A stretch of 64,000 nucleotides of DNA, taken from Chthoniobacterales bacterium (GTDB lineage: Bacteria > Verrucomicrobiota > Verrucomicrobiia > Chthoniobacterales > Chthoniobacteraceae). Location: the NCBI GenBank assembly GCA_038207335.1, contig JBBQZX010000016.1, forward strand, positions 1 through 64,000. The letters are read 5' to 3'. The notes beneath the pieces are model-generated. The model was not told the origin of the DNA. It saw nothing but the letters and a program-made list of their open reading frames with translations, and made no database searches. This document shows positions 19,601 through 31,600 of the stretch, piece after piece. The stretch's first letter is position 1. Every line of letters starts with the position of its first letter. Made by a program: the position numbers and the translations under genes.

Positions 19601-22600
19601 AAGCGCGATGCTCGATCCCGTCCGCGTCGCCCCGAACGCGCTGCCGATCGAGGTCACGAGTGCCTGCGCGACATCGGAGAGCGTCTCACCGGCGACGACC
19701 GTGTGCGTGTAGGTCGTCACCGCATTCGTCTGCGCGTTGTTGATTTTCACCGTCCACACGTCGCCGACGACGGCCGTCGTAGCGGTGATGCCCTTCGCGG
19801 CATCCGCGGTGGTCAGCACGTTCGCCAGCGTGAGGTTCGCGTTGCTGAAGATGAGCGCATTTCCCGCCGAATCCGTCGGGCTCGTGGAGCGCGTGACCGA
19901 ACCGGCGCGCGGCAGGAGCTGCGTCAGCCCGCCGAATGTAAAGCCCGCGTTATCGACGAGCGTGACAGCGCCCGCTGCGGTGTAGGTCGATTGGTAGAAG
20001 CGATCCGGCAGCGCGCTGACGAGGTTCCGTGCGAGGTCTTCGACCGTATCGCCCGGCTGCACGATGTAGCTGTAATCCTGGTAGCGCACGCCTTTCAGCG
20101 TCCACACGTCGCCCGCGCGGACGGCGCCGGTGATCTGGAATGAGACGCTCGTGTAGTAGATCGAATTGTCCGGGGTCTGCGAGATGCCGTCGCTCGATTT
20201 CGGGTTGATCGCAGCGTCGGTGACGACAAATGAATAGATGTCGTAGCTGCCATTGCCCGAGCCCTGAATGCGGACATACGGCGTGTCGGAGCTGACGCCG
20301 CCGCCGCTGATCACGTTGCCGATATTCGGGTCGAAGAACGTGTAGAAGTTGGAGGCGTCGTTGACATTCTGCGCGGTGCCGAATGTGTCGTGCGCAAGTT
20401 GCGACTCGCTCAGCGGCTCCGGCGCGAAGACGAAGCCGGAAATCGGGTGCTGCGGAACGCTGACATTCAGCGTGTAGCTCACGCCGACCGGCAGCCCGCC
20501 GAAGCCCTCGGCGTTATCGACCTGCACGTAGTAGGTGCCCTTTTGCGTGAAGCTGTAGGTCAGGAAGTCGTCGTTGAAAGTCGTGCTGCCGGTGCCGCTC
20601 TCAAGGAGGTCGAGCGGATTCGAGCCGCCGCGGCCCTGACCGACGAGGCGGCCATCCTGGTCGTAAATTTTGAGGATGCTGCGCCACTGGATCGAATCGC
20701 CGACATCGTAGCCGTGGTCGATGTCGAAGGTCGCGACGATCGGCCCGCCCGCGGCGCGGAGCATCGAGTCGGTGATCGTGAAGCTGTAGTAATCGGAGGT
20801 GCCGTCGCCAGTGCCGAGGATGCTGAGATGCGGGTCCCACTTGCCGTCGGTGCGCTTCACGATGTCGGCGTTGGAGTTTGCGCTCCAGCGCGCGAGGTCG
20901 ATGTTTTGCGCGTTGTAAACTGAGTCGTGGGTGCCGACCTCGTGCAGCACCGCGACGCCGAAGTCGCCGGCGAAGCGCGTCACGAATTTGGCCGTGACGC
21001 CGGTCGGCACGTTGTAGCTCGCGACAACATCCTCACCGGACTGCGCGGCGATCGAGAAGACCGCGGTGTAAACTCCGCTGTCCACGGTGAGGTCGAATTT
21101 CACTTCGAGCGCCTGCGCGCCACCGACGAGAATCGCATTGAGCGCGTCGGCGAGCTGCTTGGCGACCGAGTTCAGCGAGGTTGAGTTGCCGGCGACGGTC
21201 ACGGAGCCCGAGCCGATCAACACGCCGATGGCGTTGGAAACGGTGATCGTATAGACGCCCGGCTTCGCGTTCGGCGACGTAACGGTGATCGCGAGATATT
21301 TCCGACCCGTGAGGACTTTGCTCACGATGCCTTCGCCGAGCACGACGAGGTCGCTCGACTCGATGACGTTCGTCGAATTGCCCGACTGCGTGACGATCAG
21401 GCCGGGCGCATCGTCGTCTGCGATGCGGACATCGAGCACGGGCACGAGCCGCTCTTCGCCGTTTTTGCCCGCGACGTATTGGTAGGTCGTGCCGTTCAGC
21501 ACGATGCTCCACTTGTCGCCGTCGGCGATGGCGGACGTGCCGCTGAGAGCGATCGTCGCCTGCACGAAATAGTCCGCGCTTTCCACCCGATCCGTGAAGG
21601 TGCCGCCAGCGCCATCCGACACCGCCGAGCCCGGCGCGAAGTGCGCGATGCCGACGCCGAACGCCGCGCCCGCCGCCCGCGTGATGTCGATGATGCCGCC
21701 CGCAGTGAGATCGAGCGAGTAAGCCGCGCCGCCGACCGCCGCGCGGAGGCCCGCGGCCACGTCGTCGAGCGTGTCGTTCGGCTTCGCGATGTAATCGAAA
21801 GCTGCGCCGTCGAGGCGCAGGCGCCAGAGCGCGCCATTCGCGACCGCGCCGGAGAGCGTGAGCCGGACGGAGGTCACCGCGCGCACCGGCGCGGGAGTCG
21901 TCGCGATGCTCGTCTTTTCACCCGCGACGAGTTTGAAGGCCGGGCCGCTGAGCGTGATCTTCCCGCTCATGAGTTCGCCGCTCGCGGTGACGAGCGTGGA
22001 CACGTCTTTTTGCACGGAGTTCACGAGGCCGAGCACGACATCGTCCTGACCGAGCCCGAAGTAATTCAGCAACTCCAGCGCGCCGCCTAGGATGGTGTGC
22101 GTAATGCGCGAGAAGTGCGTGCCTTCCTTATTGTCGTCGGGCGTCGCGACGACGCGGATGATCTGCGGGATGTTCCAGTTCGTCGCATCGAAGTGGACGC
22201 TCGAAATGAGCGCGCCGGTGCCATCGTTGTAGAGGCGTGTCTCGCCGTCGGACGCGAGCGCGACATCGACCGGGCCGGTCGGCTTGCGGCTGAGCACGAT
22301 CGCGTAAGTGTCCTTCGCAGGCGTCGCGTTTGTCCCCTCGGCCACGAACGTGTCGAATCCCGTCGGCGCAATGATCACGCTCGACGCATCGTCGTCCACG
22401 ACTTCAACCGTTGCGCTGAGCACTGGCAGGTTGTCATACGCGCCGCCGTCCGCACCGCTGCCGCCTTGGATCACGGTGTGCAGGATAGTGTAAATGCGGC
22501 GTCCCTCGGCCACGTTGTCGTCCGGCGCGGTGATCGTGATCGTTTGCGGGATGAACCAATTCGAGCGGTCGAACACGAGCGTGACGCCGGTCGCGCTGCC

Positions 22601-25600
22601 GTTCAGTAGGATACCCTGCGCGCCGGTGCGGTCGTCGGATTGAGAGCGCGACGGCGAAGCAGTGATGCGGACGCTTTCCTCCGGCGCATGAGTCAGGACG
22701 ATCTGATAGGTGTCGTGGACGAGGTCACCGCCGATCGGATTTTTCTCGAATACGCGCAGCGGAGCCGGCTCGTGGGTCGCGTCGCCGAGGCGGATTTGCA
22801 CGCCCGCCGTGCCGTTGTCAAAGACCTTCACCGAGAGGTCCTGCGCGAAGATCGCGTTGTAGGCCCCGTCGATGCTGAAGATGGACTGGTCGATCAAGCC
22901 GCTGTGGCCTTCCAGGCTCTTGGCCACGACGACAACCGGCTTGCGGCCTGGGAAACCGCCGGTGTTGAAGGTGTCGGTGCCGAGCCCGCCGATGGTCTCG
23001 ACGATCACATCCTCTGGCGTGCTCACGATGAAGAACGTGTCGTTCCCCTCGAGCGCATCGACGGTCAGTTTCTCGATACCCGAGTAGGTAATGAAAAGTC
23101 CGCCGCCGAAGACGCCTTCGCGCGTGATCACGAAGTCGTCGCCGAACTCGGTACCGACGATGGTCAGCGTGTCGAAGCCGTCGCCGCCCTCGACCCGCAC
23201 CGGCGCGTTCACGGTGTAATTGATCACGTCCGCGCCCTGGCCGCCGTTGATGTTCGTGAAGGGCCGCTTCGGATCTTTCGGATCGACTTTCACGAATGCG
23301 CGGATGCGGAACGTGTCGTCGTCTTCTTCACCGAAGAGGAAGAGTTCCGCGAGATTCCGATAGACCGTGAAGCTGTCGCGCCCCGTGCCGCCGTGCAGTT
23401 CCGCCGGGGCGCTGATGCCGTTGCTGAGGTAGCCCTTCGTCGTGAGCGTGGTCGGGAAGTAGTCGCCCGGCAGCAGGCCGTTGTAGGGGTTCGAGGCGTC
23501 GCGCGGCGACTTGTAGAGCTGGCCGACTTGGAAGGTGTCGTTGCCCGCGTCGCCGAAAATGGTCAACGGCGCGTTCGTGTCATCGAGGACGAAAGTATCG
23601 TCGCCGTCGCGACCGAAGACCGAGATGCGGCCGCCAAAGGTGCCGTTGTAATTCACGCGCTCGGCGCGGCCATTCGCGACCGGATTCCGCGCCGCGTCAG
23701 TCTCCAGCGCGACGATCGTGTTCGGGCGGAAGAGGAAGAAGTCCGGCGCGAGCGTGCCGTAGATTCGCAGCACGTCGTTCGCGTCGCCTGCCGGCGAGTC
23801 GTTGACATTGATCAGCGAGGAACCGAGGCCCGAGAGGCCGATTTCGTAGAAGTCATTCCCCTCGCCGCCTTCGAGCGTCAGCGGTGCGCCGATGCCATTG
23901 AGGAAAGTCTGCAACCCATCGCGGTCGTAGTTTACGCGAATGCGATCGTTGCCATTGCCGCCGCGCACCGTGGTGAGACCGGTGGTGCTCGCGATGTTGA
24001 TGACATCGTTGGTGCCGTTGAGCGTCGCAGTTTCATCCCCGGCATCGACGACGGTCGAGCCCGCGTGCGTCGAAGCGATGAAGAGGTTGTCGTTACCGCG
24101 GCTCAGCGAGAGGTTCAGAGCCTCGAACTCGGTGTAGTAGATGCCCTGAATCATCCCGAGGCCGGTGACGGTGTCGCGCGTGAGGATGCCGGTGAGTCCG
24201 ACCGTGCCGCCCGCGTAGATGACGAGCTTGTCGCCGTTCGGCCCGTTGTTGTTGCCGAAGAGATTCACGAGCGCGGGGAAGCCGACCTGCGTGCTGTCGA
24301 GGCTCGGCGTCACGGTGTCCGCAGTGCTGCCGACAATGAGCGTGTCGGTGCCAGTGCCGAAGATGATGTTGAGCGTCTCGGTCGTGAGGTACTGCAGCCG
24401 CCCGCCTGCACCGAAGACGCCCTGCTGACCGAAGATGTCCGTGAGGAACGTGTGCGTCAGCGCGGCATTCGCGCCGAGCGTGTCGTGGTGGTCATCGATG
24501 TTGACCGTGTCGTTGCCGGTTTCGCCGTTGAAATTGATCTGCGCGATGATCGCATTCACGTCGCCGAGCACACTTTGAACCGCACCCTTGCGTCCGGCTT
24601 CGCTGCCGAGATTCAGCACGTCGTCCGCGCCGCCGGCGAAGATCGTCGTCGAGCCCGCCGCGCTGCGGATGTCGAAAGTATCGACCGCCGCTCCGGTGCG
24701 GAACGTCGTGCTGCCGGTGAAGCTGGAGAACGCGCCAAACAGCGTGACCTGCGGAGTCGTCCCCGCGACGACTGGGCCGATGCCGGGCTTCATCGTGATG
24801 TGGTTCGCGCCGTCGCCGAGTGTCACTTCGAGATGCTCGGCGCGCACGAAGTCGAACTGCGTCCCGACCGGCACGAGCGAACCGGTGAGCCGCTGCTGCA
24901 CGTCGATGACCTGCACTTTGTCCGTCGCGAGATGGAACGCAGTCTCGCCTCCGTTGTAAGTCACCGCCTCGTTTCCGAGGTAGAACGCCGCCTCGCCGCC
25001 GAGGTAGGTCGCCTGAATGAAGTCCGTGCCGGACGCCACATAAACCGGCTCGCCTCGAGTGTGGAAAATTGCGCGCTTGGTGAGCGTGACGACCGCGCCG
25101 CTCGAAGTCGCGTCGTAGCCCTGCACCGAGTCGAGTTGCGCCGCTATGGCCGACGCCACGTCGTTCAACGTCTGCGCGTCCGCGACTTTGATCTCATATT
25201 TCTGCCCGTTCAGCGTGACGCTCCATGTGTCGCCCGCCGCCGCCGCGCCGCCGAGCGTGATCCGATTTACGAGCGCCGAAACGTTCGCGACCACCGCCGT
25301 TTTTCCAGACGGAGCCGCTGCCGTGAGCGTGTCGGGCTGATAGGTTTTCACGCTGCCGTCGTCGTTGCGCATGAAGACCCACTGCCCGCCGTCCTTCTTC
25401 ACGATCGGCTGGCCAAATTGCGCGAGTTCGCTGCCGTCGTAGAATTTCCCGTCGCCCGCGCGATGCACCGCGGCGACGAGCACCGTGAAGCGCACGCTCG
25501 CGTTCGGACTCGTCGCGAGATTCGCCGGCAACGCGATCGTGCTGCCGCTGATTTGCGCCGCGGTCGGCGTGACGTTGAAGATGTTCGAGCCGTTCGTGAT

Positions 25601-28600
25601 CGTCGCGATGACGCTGCCCGCCGTGAGCGTGCCGAAGCCGGTGAGCGTGTAAGGCGTCGCGCCCCACGCGAACGTCTTCGCGAGCGTGACTTTCACGGTC
25701 GCGCCGGTGACCTGATTTCCAGTCTCGATATTCGGGAAAGTGAGCGCGCCATTCGCGAACTCGAACTCGCCGCGCGGCAGGATGAACGTCGATTGCGCCG
25801 TCGTCACCTGCACCGAGACGATGTCGTTCTTCGTCAGCATCGGCGGGAAAGCCGCGCCATTTTCGGACACCGAAAGCGAGGTGCCACGCGTGAGAGAAAC
25901 CGGGCCAAACGTGATATTGAACGGCTCGACGATCCGCTCGCCGCGGTTGTGAATCGCGACCTGCCCGGCCTGATGCAGGAACGGGCTGACAATGTCGATA
26001 TCAACGCGGACCGTGCCGCCGAAAGTGCGGGTGACGGTGACTTGGTTCGTGTTGTAGTTGATCGTGAAGTCGCCCGCGCCGAGTGAGACGCGACCGCTGC
26101 TCGTGACAACGGAAACGGCGATCGCGTCGCGCGTCGTGATGTCGGTCGAGAGGTCGTAGTTCGTGGTCGCTGTGAGCGTGGTGTTCTTGAAGCTCTCGCG
26201 ATTTCCGGGATTCGTGACCGGCGCGCCCGTCTCGTCGAAAGTCAGTTCGCCGCCGAGGTAGAGCAGCATTTCGCCCGCTGTATGGACAACCTGCTCGCCG
26301 TAGAAATGCGTGACGACATCGCCCGGCAGATGCCGCATCGCGATGCCGTTCGCGTCGAACACCGGCTGGCGCGTGTAGATGTCGAGGACGAGTTCATTCC
26401 CGACGAAGCGCACCGGTTCGCCAGTGAACGGATCGAGCACGGGCTCGCCGCCGGAGTAGGTCTGCGCGTCGGCGGTGAAGAAGTAATTGAGATACGTGAC
26501 CTCAACGACGCCCGCCGTCGCCGTGCCCGCGATGTTCTTCAAGATCGCGGCGTTGATCGTGATCCTATTGGTCGCGGCGTTGTAGGTGTAGTCCGCCGGA
26601 AGCGCGCCGTGCGGGTAGGCGAACAAGCCGCTCGTCACGCCGTCGATTTCGATCTGGAGCCGCACGTCGTTCAGGGTCGTGCCGGCGCGCAGCGGCAGCG
26701 CGAGCGTCGTCCCCTGTGCCGGATCGACGTTGAATTTATCGCCGCCGTGCGTCTGCGTGCGCCCGCCGATAATCTTGTCCACGGCCTTCAAATACGTGTC
26801 GAGGATCGCCGTGTCGCCCGCACTACTGACGCTGTTATCGACATTCAGCGTGTCGAAGCCCGGGGTGCTCGTGAGCAAATCGACGACCCGCGTGACGAGG
26901 CTAGTCGTGACGCGCGGGACGAAAAGCAGCACTGGCGGACGGTCGCGCGTGATCGTCTCCGCGCCGCTGTCGGCGTAGTAAAGCGGACGGTTCTGGCTGT
27001 CGAGCTTCTGCGTGATGCCGTCGCTCAGGAAGACCTTCGGATATTGCGCGGCGGTCGTTTTTGTCGTGCCGTCGTCGCGGTAGTAAAGTCGCGCGCCATT
27101 TCCATCCACGACCTGCACAGGGTCTTCGATGATGTTCCCGCGCTTATCGAGAACCACGACGTAAGCCGCGATCTTCCCGCCCTGATCAAAGACGATCTGC
27201 GCCTGCTGCGCTGCGGCATACGCGGTGATCACGCCGTTCACCGTGGTCGGCGTCGTGTTGATATAGACGAGCGGCGCGTTGCGGAGCAGTTCGGTGAAGT
27301 CCGGGTTGCTCGACGCGACATTCTGCACGCTCTCGACGGTGTGCGCGTCGCCGTCGAAGAAGATGCGCCCAGCGATCCCCGCGAGGCTGCCGGCCTTGAT
27401 CGTCACCGCGCCATCCGTGCTGGTTAGCACCGGCACACCGATGAGCTTCGGAGTGAGGTCGCCGAACGTGACGACCCAAGTTTGCGCCACCGCGCCAGCA
27501 ACGACCGTCACCGCGCCTGCCGGGATGTTCGAGAGCGCCGCGAGCGCCGCCTGCACGTCCGCAGCGGTCGCGGTGAACGCGATCGGCGCGGTCGTCTGCG
27601 TGCCGAAATTCAGCGTGAACGTCCCGCTGGTCTTCGTCGTGGAAACAGTCTGCACGAGCCGGTTCCGCGCATCGACGGTGTCGTCGCCCGCGCCGCCGTA
27701 GATCAGCGTGAGTCCGCCGACCTGTCCGAGATTGATGCGGTCATTGCCCGCGCCGCCGTCGATCACGAGCTTCTGGCCGGGCTGATTGTTCACGCCGGAA
27801 TACGTGCGAATGACCGTGAACTCGTCGTTGCCGTTCAGAGCGGAATTCGCGCTCGCCGGGTCGCGGCCATCGGCGAGACGCAGCTCGATCGTCTCGAAGC
27901 CCTGCGCGTCGATGCCGTAGAACGGCAACCCATTCGCGCTCATGCCGGTCGCGAGACCGATGCCTTCGATGCTCTGGTATTCGTCGAAAATCAGCTTCCC
28001 GGTTTCATCCCGATCCTGCTGATAGACCGGGTTGCCGTCCTTGTCCTGGCCGACCTCGATGAGCCGCGGGATGCCGCTGCGAACGCGAATCTGGCCGGCG
28101 GCGGAGAGGCCCTGCTGGTTGTGAATGATGAGCCGGTCGCCCGCGGTTTCAAACTGGTCGCCGCCGACCACAATCAGGCGGCCGCGAATTTGTGAGACAT
28201 CGAAAATGCCCGTCGCGGAGAACGCGAATGGCGGCGGATCGAGCGTCACTTTCGCCGGCTGCACGACCTGCTCACGTGGCACGAGCGCGCCGACTTCGTA
28301 GTTGAAAGTGAGATCGGGAATTGTGACCTCCACCGCCGCGTCGAAGATGAAGAACGTGCCGAAGACGAGGCGGCTGGTGATGTTCGCCGGGTCGTAGCGC
28401 AGGACGTTCGCCGGGTTCGAGTCGAAGCGGACGTAGGGGAATGCGGCGCGCGCGGCGTTCTCGAGGATGTTGATGTAATTCGCGAGGTAGTTCGCGACGA
28501 CGTCCTGGATCGTCGCGCCGCTGAAGAGGGCGGTGAGCAGGTTCACGCGGAGCGTGAGGCCGTTCAAATTGTCCACGCGCGGCGAGTAAACGACATCCGG

Positions 28601-31600
28601 CGGGAGCTGGATGCGGAAGGCCGGCGGCTGGTATTCGAATGACGGCGGATCGAAGACGAGCACCGGAGGCTGGCCGCCGATGTGGATCGTATCGTCGCCG
28701 CTGCCGCCGACGACCGTGGTCTCAAACGCCGGGCTCGTGGAGAGGATGTAGATGTTGTCCGGGCCGCCGCCGCCGTCGATCTCGATGGCTTCGATGTTGG
28801 TGAAATTGATGATCCGACCGGCGCCCGCGATGTAGGTCGAGGTGACGATGAAGGTGTCGCCGATCGGCGTTCCGACGAGGACGATTGTATCGGTGCCGGG
28901 GCCGCCATTGATCTTCACCGGCGCGTTCTGGAGGTAGTCGTAGCGGTTCTCGCCGCCACCGCCGAAGAGCGTCGTGAGGTTCGTTATCTCGTTCTCGTCC
29001 TCGGCATTTTCGCGCAGAACGAGGAAAGTCTTGAGCAGGAAGCGGTCGTTGCCGTTGCCGCCGTCGAGGTAGAGTTTCGCGCGGTTGTGGTTCACCTCGA
29101 AGCGGTCGTTCTGGTCGCCGCCGAGCACGGTCAGCGGAGCGGAGTTGCCGTTGGTCAGGTTGTCCGTATCGACGACCGGCACGCCGTCCGGGAATTCCAA
29201 CGTGCGGTTGCCGGTGTCGGGCTTCAGCGGGACGGTCGCGATCGTGATGTTGTCGTCGCCGGAGCCGAGGTCGATGACCGTGTAAACGACCGTGTCGTTC
29301 GAGAGCACGTCGTCCGCGCCGGCGAGCGCATTCACCCGCACGCGCTCGATGCCGCGGTAGCTGAGGATGTCGCTCGAAGCCCGCGTGCGGTCGCCGACCG
29401 TGACCGTGCCGACGCGCGCCGCACCGACTCCAAACGCGTCGAGCGTGATTTGATCCGGGCCGTTCGTGCCGTTCACGACGAGTTCGTCGAAGCCCGCCGT
29501 GCCGCCGCTGTCGTCGATCGTGATCCGCGCGGAGTTCATCCCGGTCAGGTTCACGATGTAGTATTCGTTCAGCCCGCCCTCGGCGCCGAGAGCGTTGCCG
29601 CGGTTGTCGAGCGTCACCGTGCCGGTGAAGGCAGTCACGTTGAACGGCGAATTGCCGACCGTGATGCGGCCATCCACGTCGTTGACGACCATCACATTGT
29701 TGCCGCTGCCGCCGATCAAAATCGCGTGCTCGAAGATTGTGGAGCCGTCCGAATTGAGCGTGCTCTCGATGATCGAGTTTGCGCTCCACGAGTCGCCGCG
29801 GTCGCGGAGCGCAAAGCTCACCGGCGCGCCGAGCGCAAGATAATCGGGATCTTCCGCCGTGATGAGCCGCGACTGCTCGGCCTGTTCGTCGATGTTGTTC
29901 GCTTTGTAGAAGACGCCGCCGCCGACCATCTTCGAGCTGTCGGCTATCAGTTCCGGGATATTGAAATCGTCGCCCGTGCTGGAGAAGACGACGACCCACG
30001 GATTGGTCGCCGTGCCGCTGCCGAGCACGCTGACTGTGTTGCCGACGATCGCGCGGATCGCGGTCTGCACCATCGCCGCGGTCGCATTCCACGCGATCGG
30101 CGTGGTGGCGAGTCCTTTGTAAGTCAGCGTGAACGTGCCTGCCGTCGCGTTTGACGAGAGGAGCTGCACGGCGTTGACCGTTAGCTGCGTCTTCGTCGCG
30201 ACCGAGAGGCTCTCGGCCGGACCGATGAGTTCCGGGATGCCGTTGATCGTGCTCGCGATGCGGACGAACTGCACTTTCCACGGATCCTCCGGCGTGCCGC
30301 TGCCCGTCACATTCACCGTCGTGATTTCGGGCAGCGCCTCGAGCGCTGCTTTGACCTGCGCTGTCGCATTCGCCGCGCTCGGATCGATCAAGCCGGTCTG
30401 CACGTTGTTGAAGCTCAGCCGGAACGGCGCGGAGCCCGGCGTGACCGAGATGAGCTGCACGAGATTCGCGGTGTAATGCGTCTTCGTGACGACCGTGAGC
30501 TTCCCGTCGCCGACGACTTTTCCGATCACGAGATAGTTGCCGAAGAGCCCGATGTCCGCGTCCTGCTGCTCGACCAGCGTGTCGTCGCCGCCCGCGTCGA
30601 TGAAGGTGTCGCGCCCCTGGCCGCCGGTTACCCGGTCGTTGCCCGCGCCGCTGTTCAGCACGTCGTTGAACGGCGAACCGATTAACTCGTCGTTCCCGTC
30701 GCCACCGATGAGCGTGAGCGCCGCCTTGTCCGCGAGTACGCCCGCCGCGTTGATCCTGTCATTGCCCGTGCCCGCGTCGATCACGATGCCGTCGCCCTCA
30801 CCGCGCACGCTGTTCGCGGCGACCACGGTGTATGCACCCTGCCGGTTGATCTCCACGCCGGAGTCGGACGTGGCGAGCGTGAAAATGTCGTCGATCGAAG
30901 TCGCACCGTCGTCGCCGCGGACGAGCAGCGTATCCTTGCTGCGGTCGGGCGAGTAGGCATACGCCGGTTCTTCGATCGTGTCGTCGTCCGCGGTGCTCGG
31001 AGTGCCGTGGTCGTTGATCGTCCGGATCGTCACGCCCTGCTGCGTCACCTGCCGGCCGAAATCAACGTTCACGCGGCTGATGCCGGTGTTCAGCAGGCTC
31101 TCGATCGTGACCGAGTCGCTGCCCGTCCCGGCGAGCAGGTTTAGGTTCTCGATGCCCGTTCCAGTGACATTCCGCGCCGCGCTGGTCGAGATCGAGAACT
31201 GGTTCGCCGCGCTCCGGCTGACGGTGAGTTTGTCGTTGCCGTCGGTGGCCGTGAACTCGAGCGAGTCGTTCCCCGCGCCACCGATGACATCCGTGCCGAG
31301 CCCGTTCGCCGCGACGCGGATGATGTCGTTGCCCGCGCCCGCGTCGATCCTGTCCGCGCCGCCGCCGCCGATGATGAGGTCGTCGTCGTCACCGCCATCG
31401 AGGATATCGTCTGCGGGACCGCCGTAGATTTGATCTTTCCCGCTGCCGCCGAAGATCGTCGCCACACCGGTGCCGCGCTGGAAGAGGTAGTCGTCGCCCG
31501 CGCCGCCGTTGATCGTGACCACCGCGCTGCCGATGTTCTGGATCACGTCGTTGTCGTTACCGCCATTGAGCGTCGCAACGCCGCTGCCCGCGTAGATGAT

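Larger units (their letters stand above)
12830..25270 (-). repeat. About 20 dispersed or tandem copies of a small alpha/beta domain, GDxWTLTLxGxxYxYTVxxGDTLxxVAxxLxxxI
   Basis: The motif recurs about every 300 nt between 20100 and 16975, with further copies near 25225, 21825, 21510, 15560, 15230, 14895, 13945, 13270 and 12920. Confidence 0.75.
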
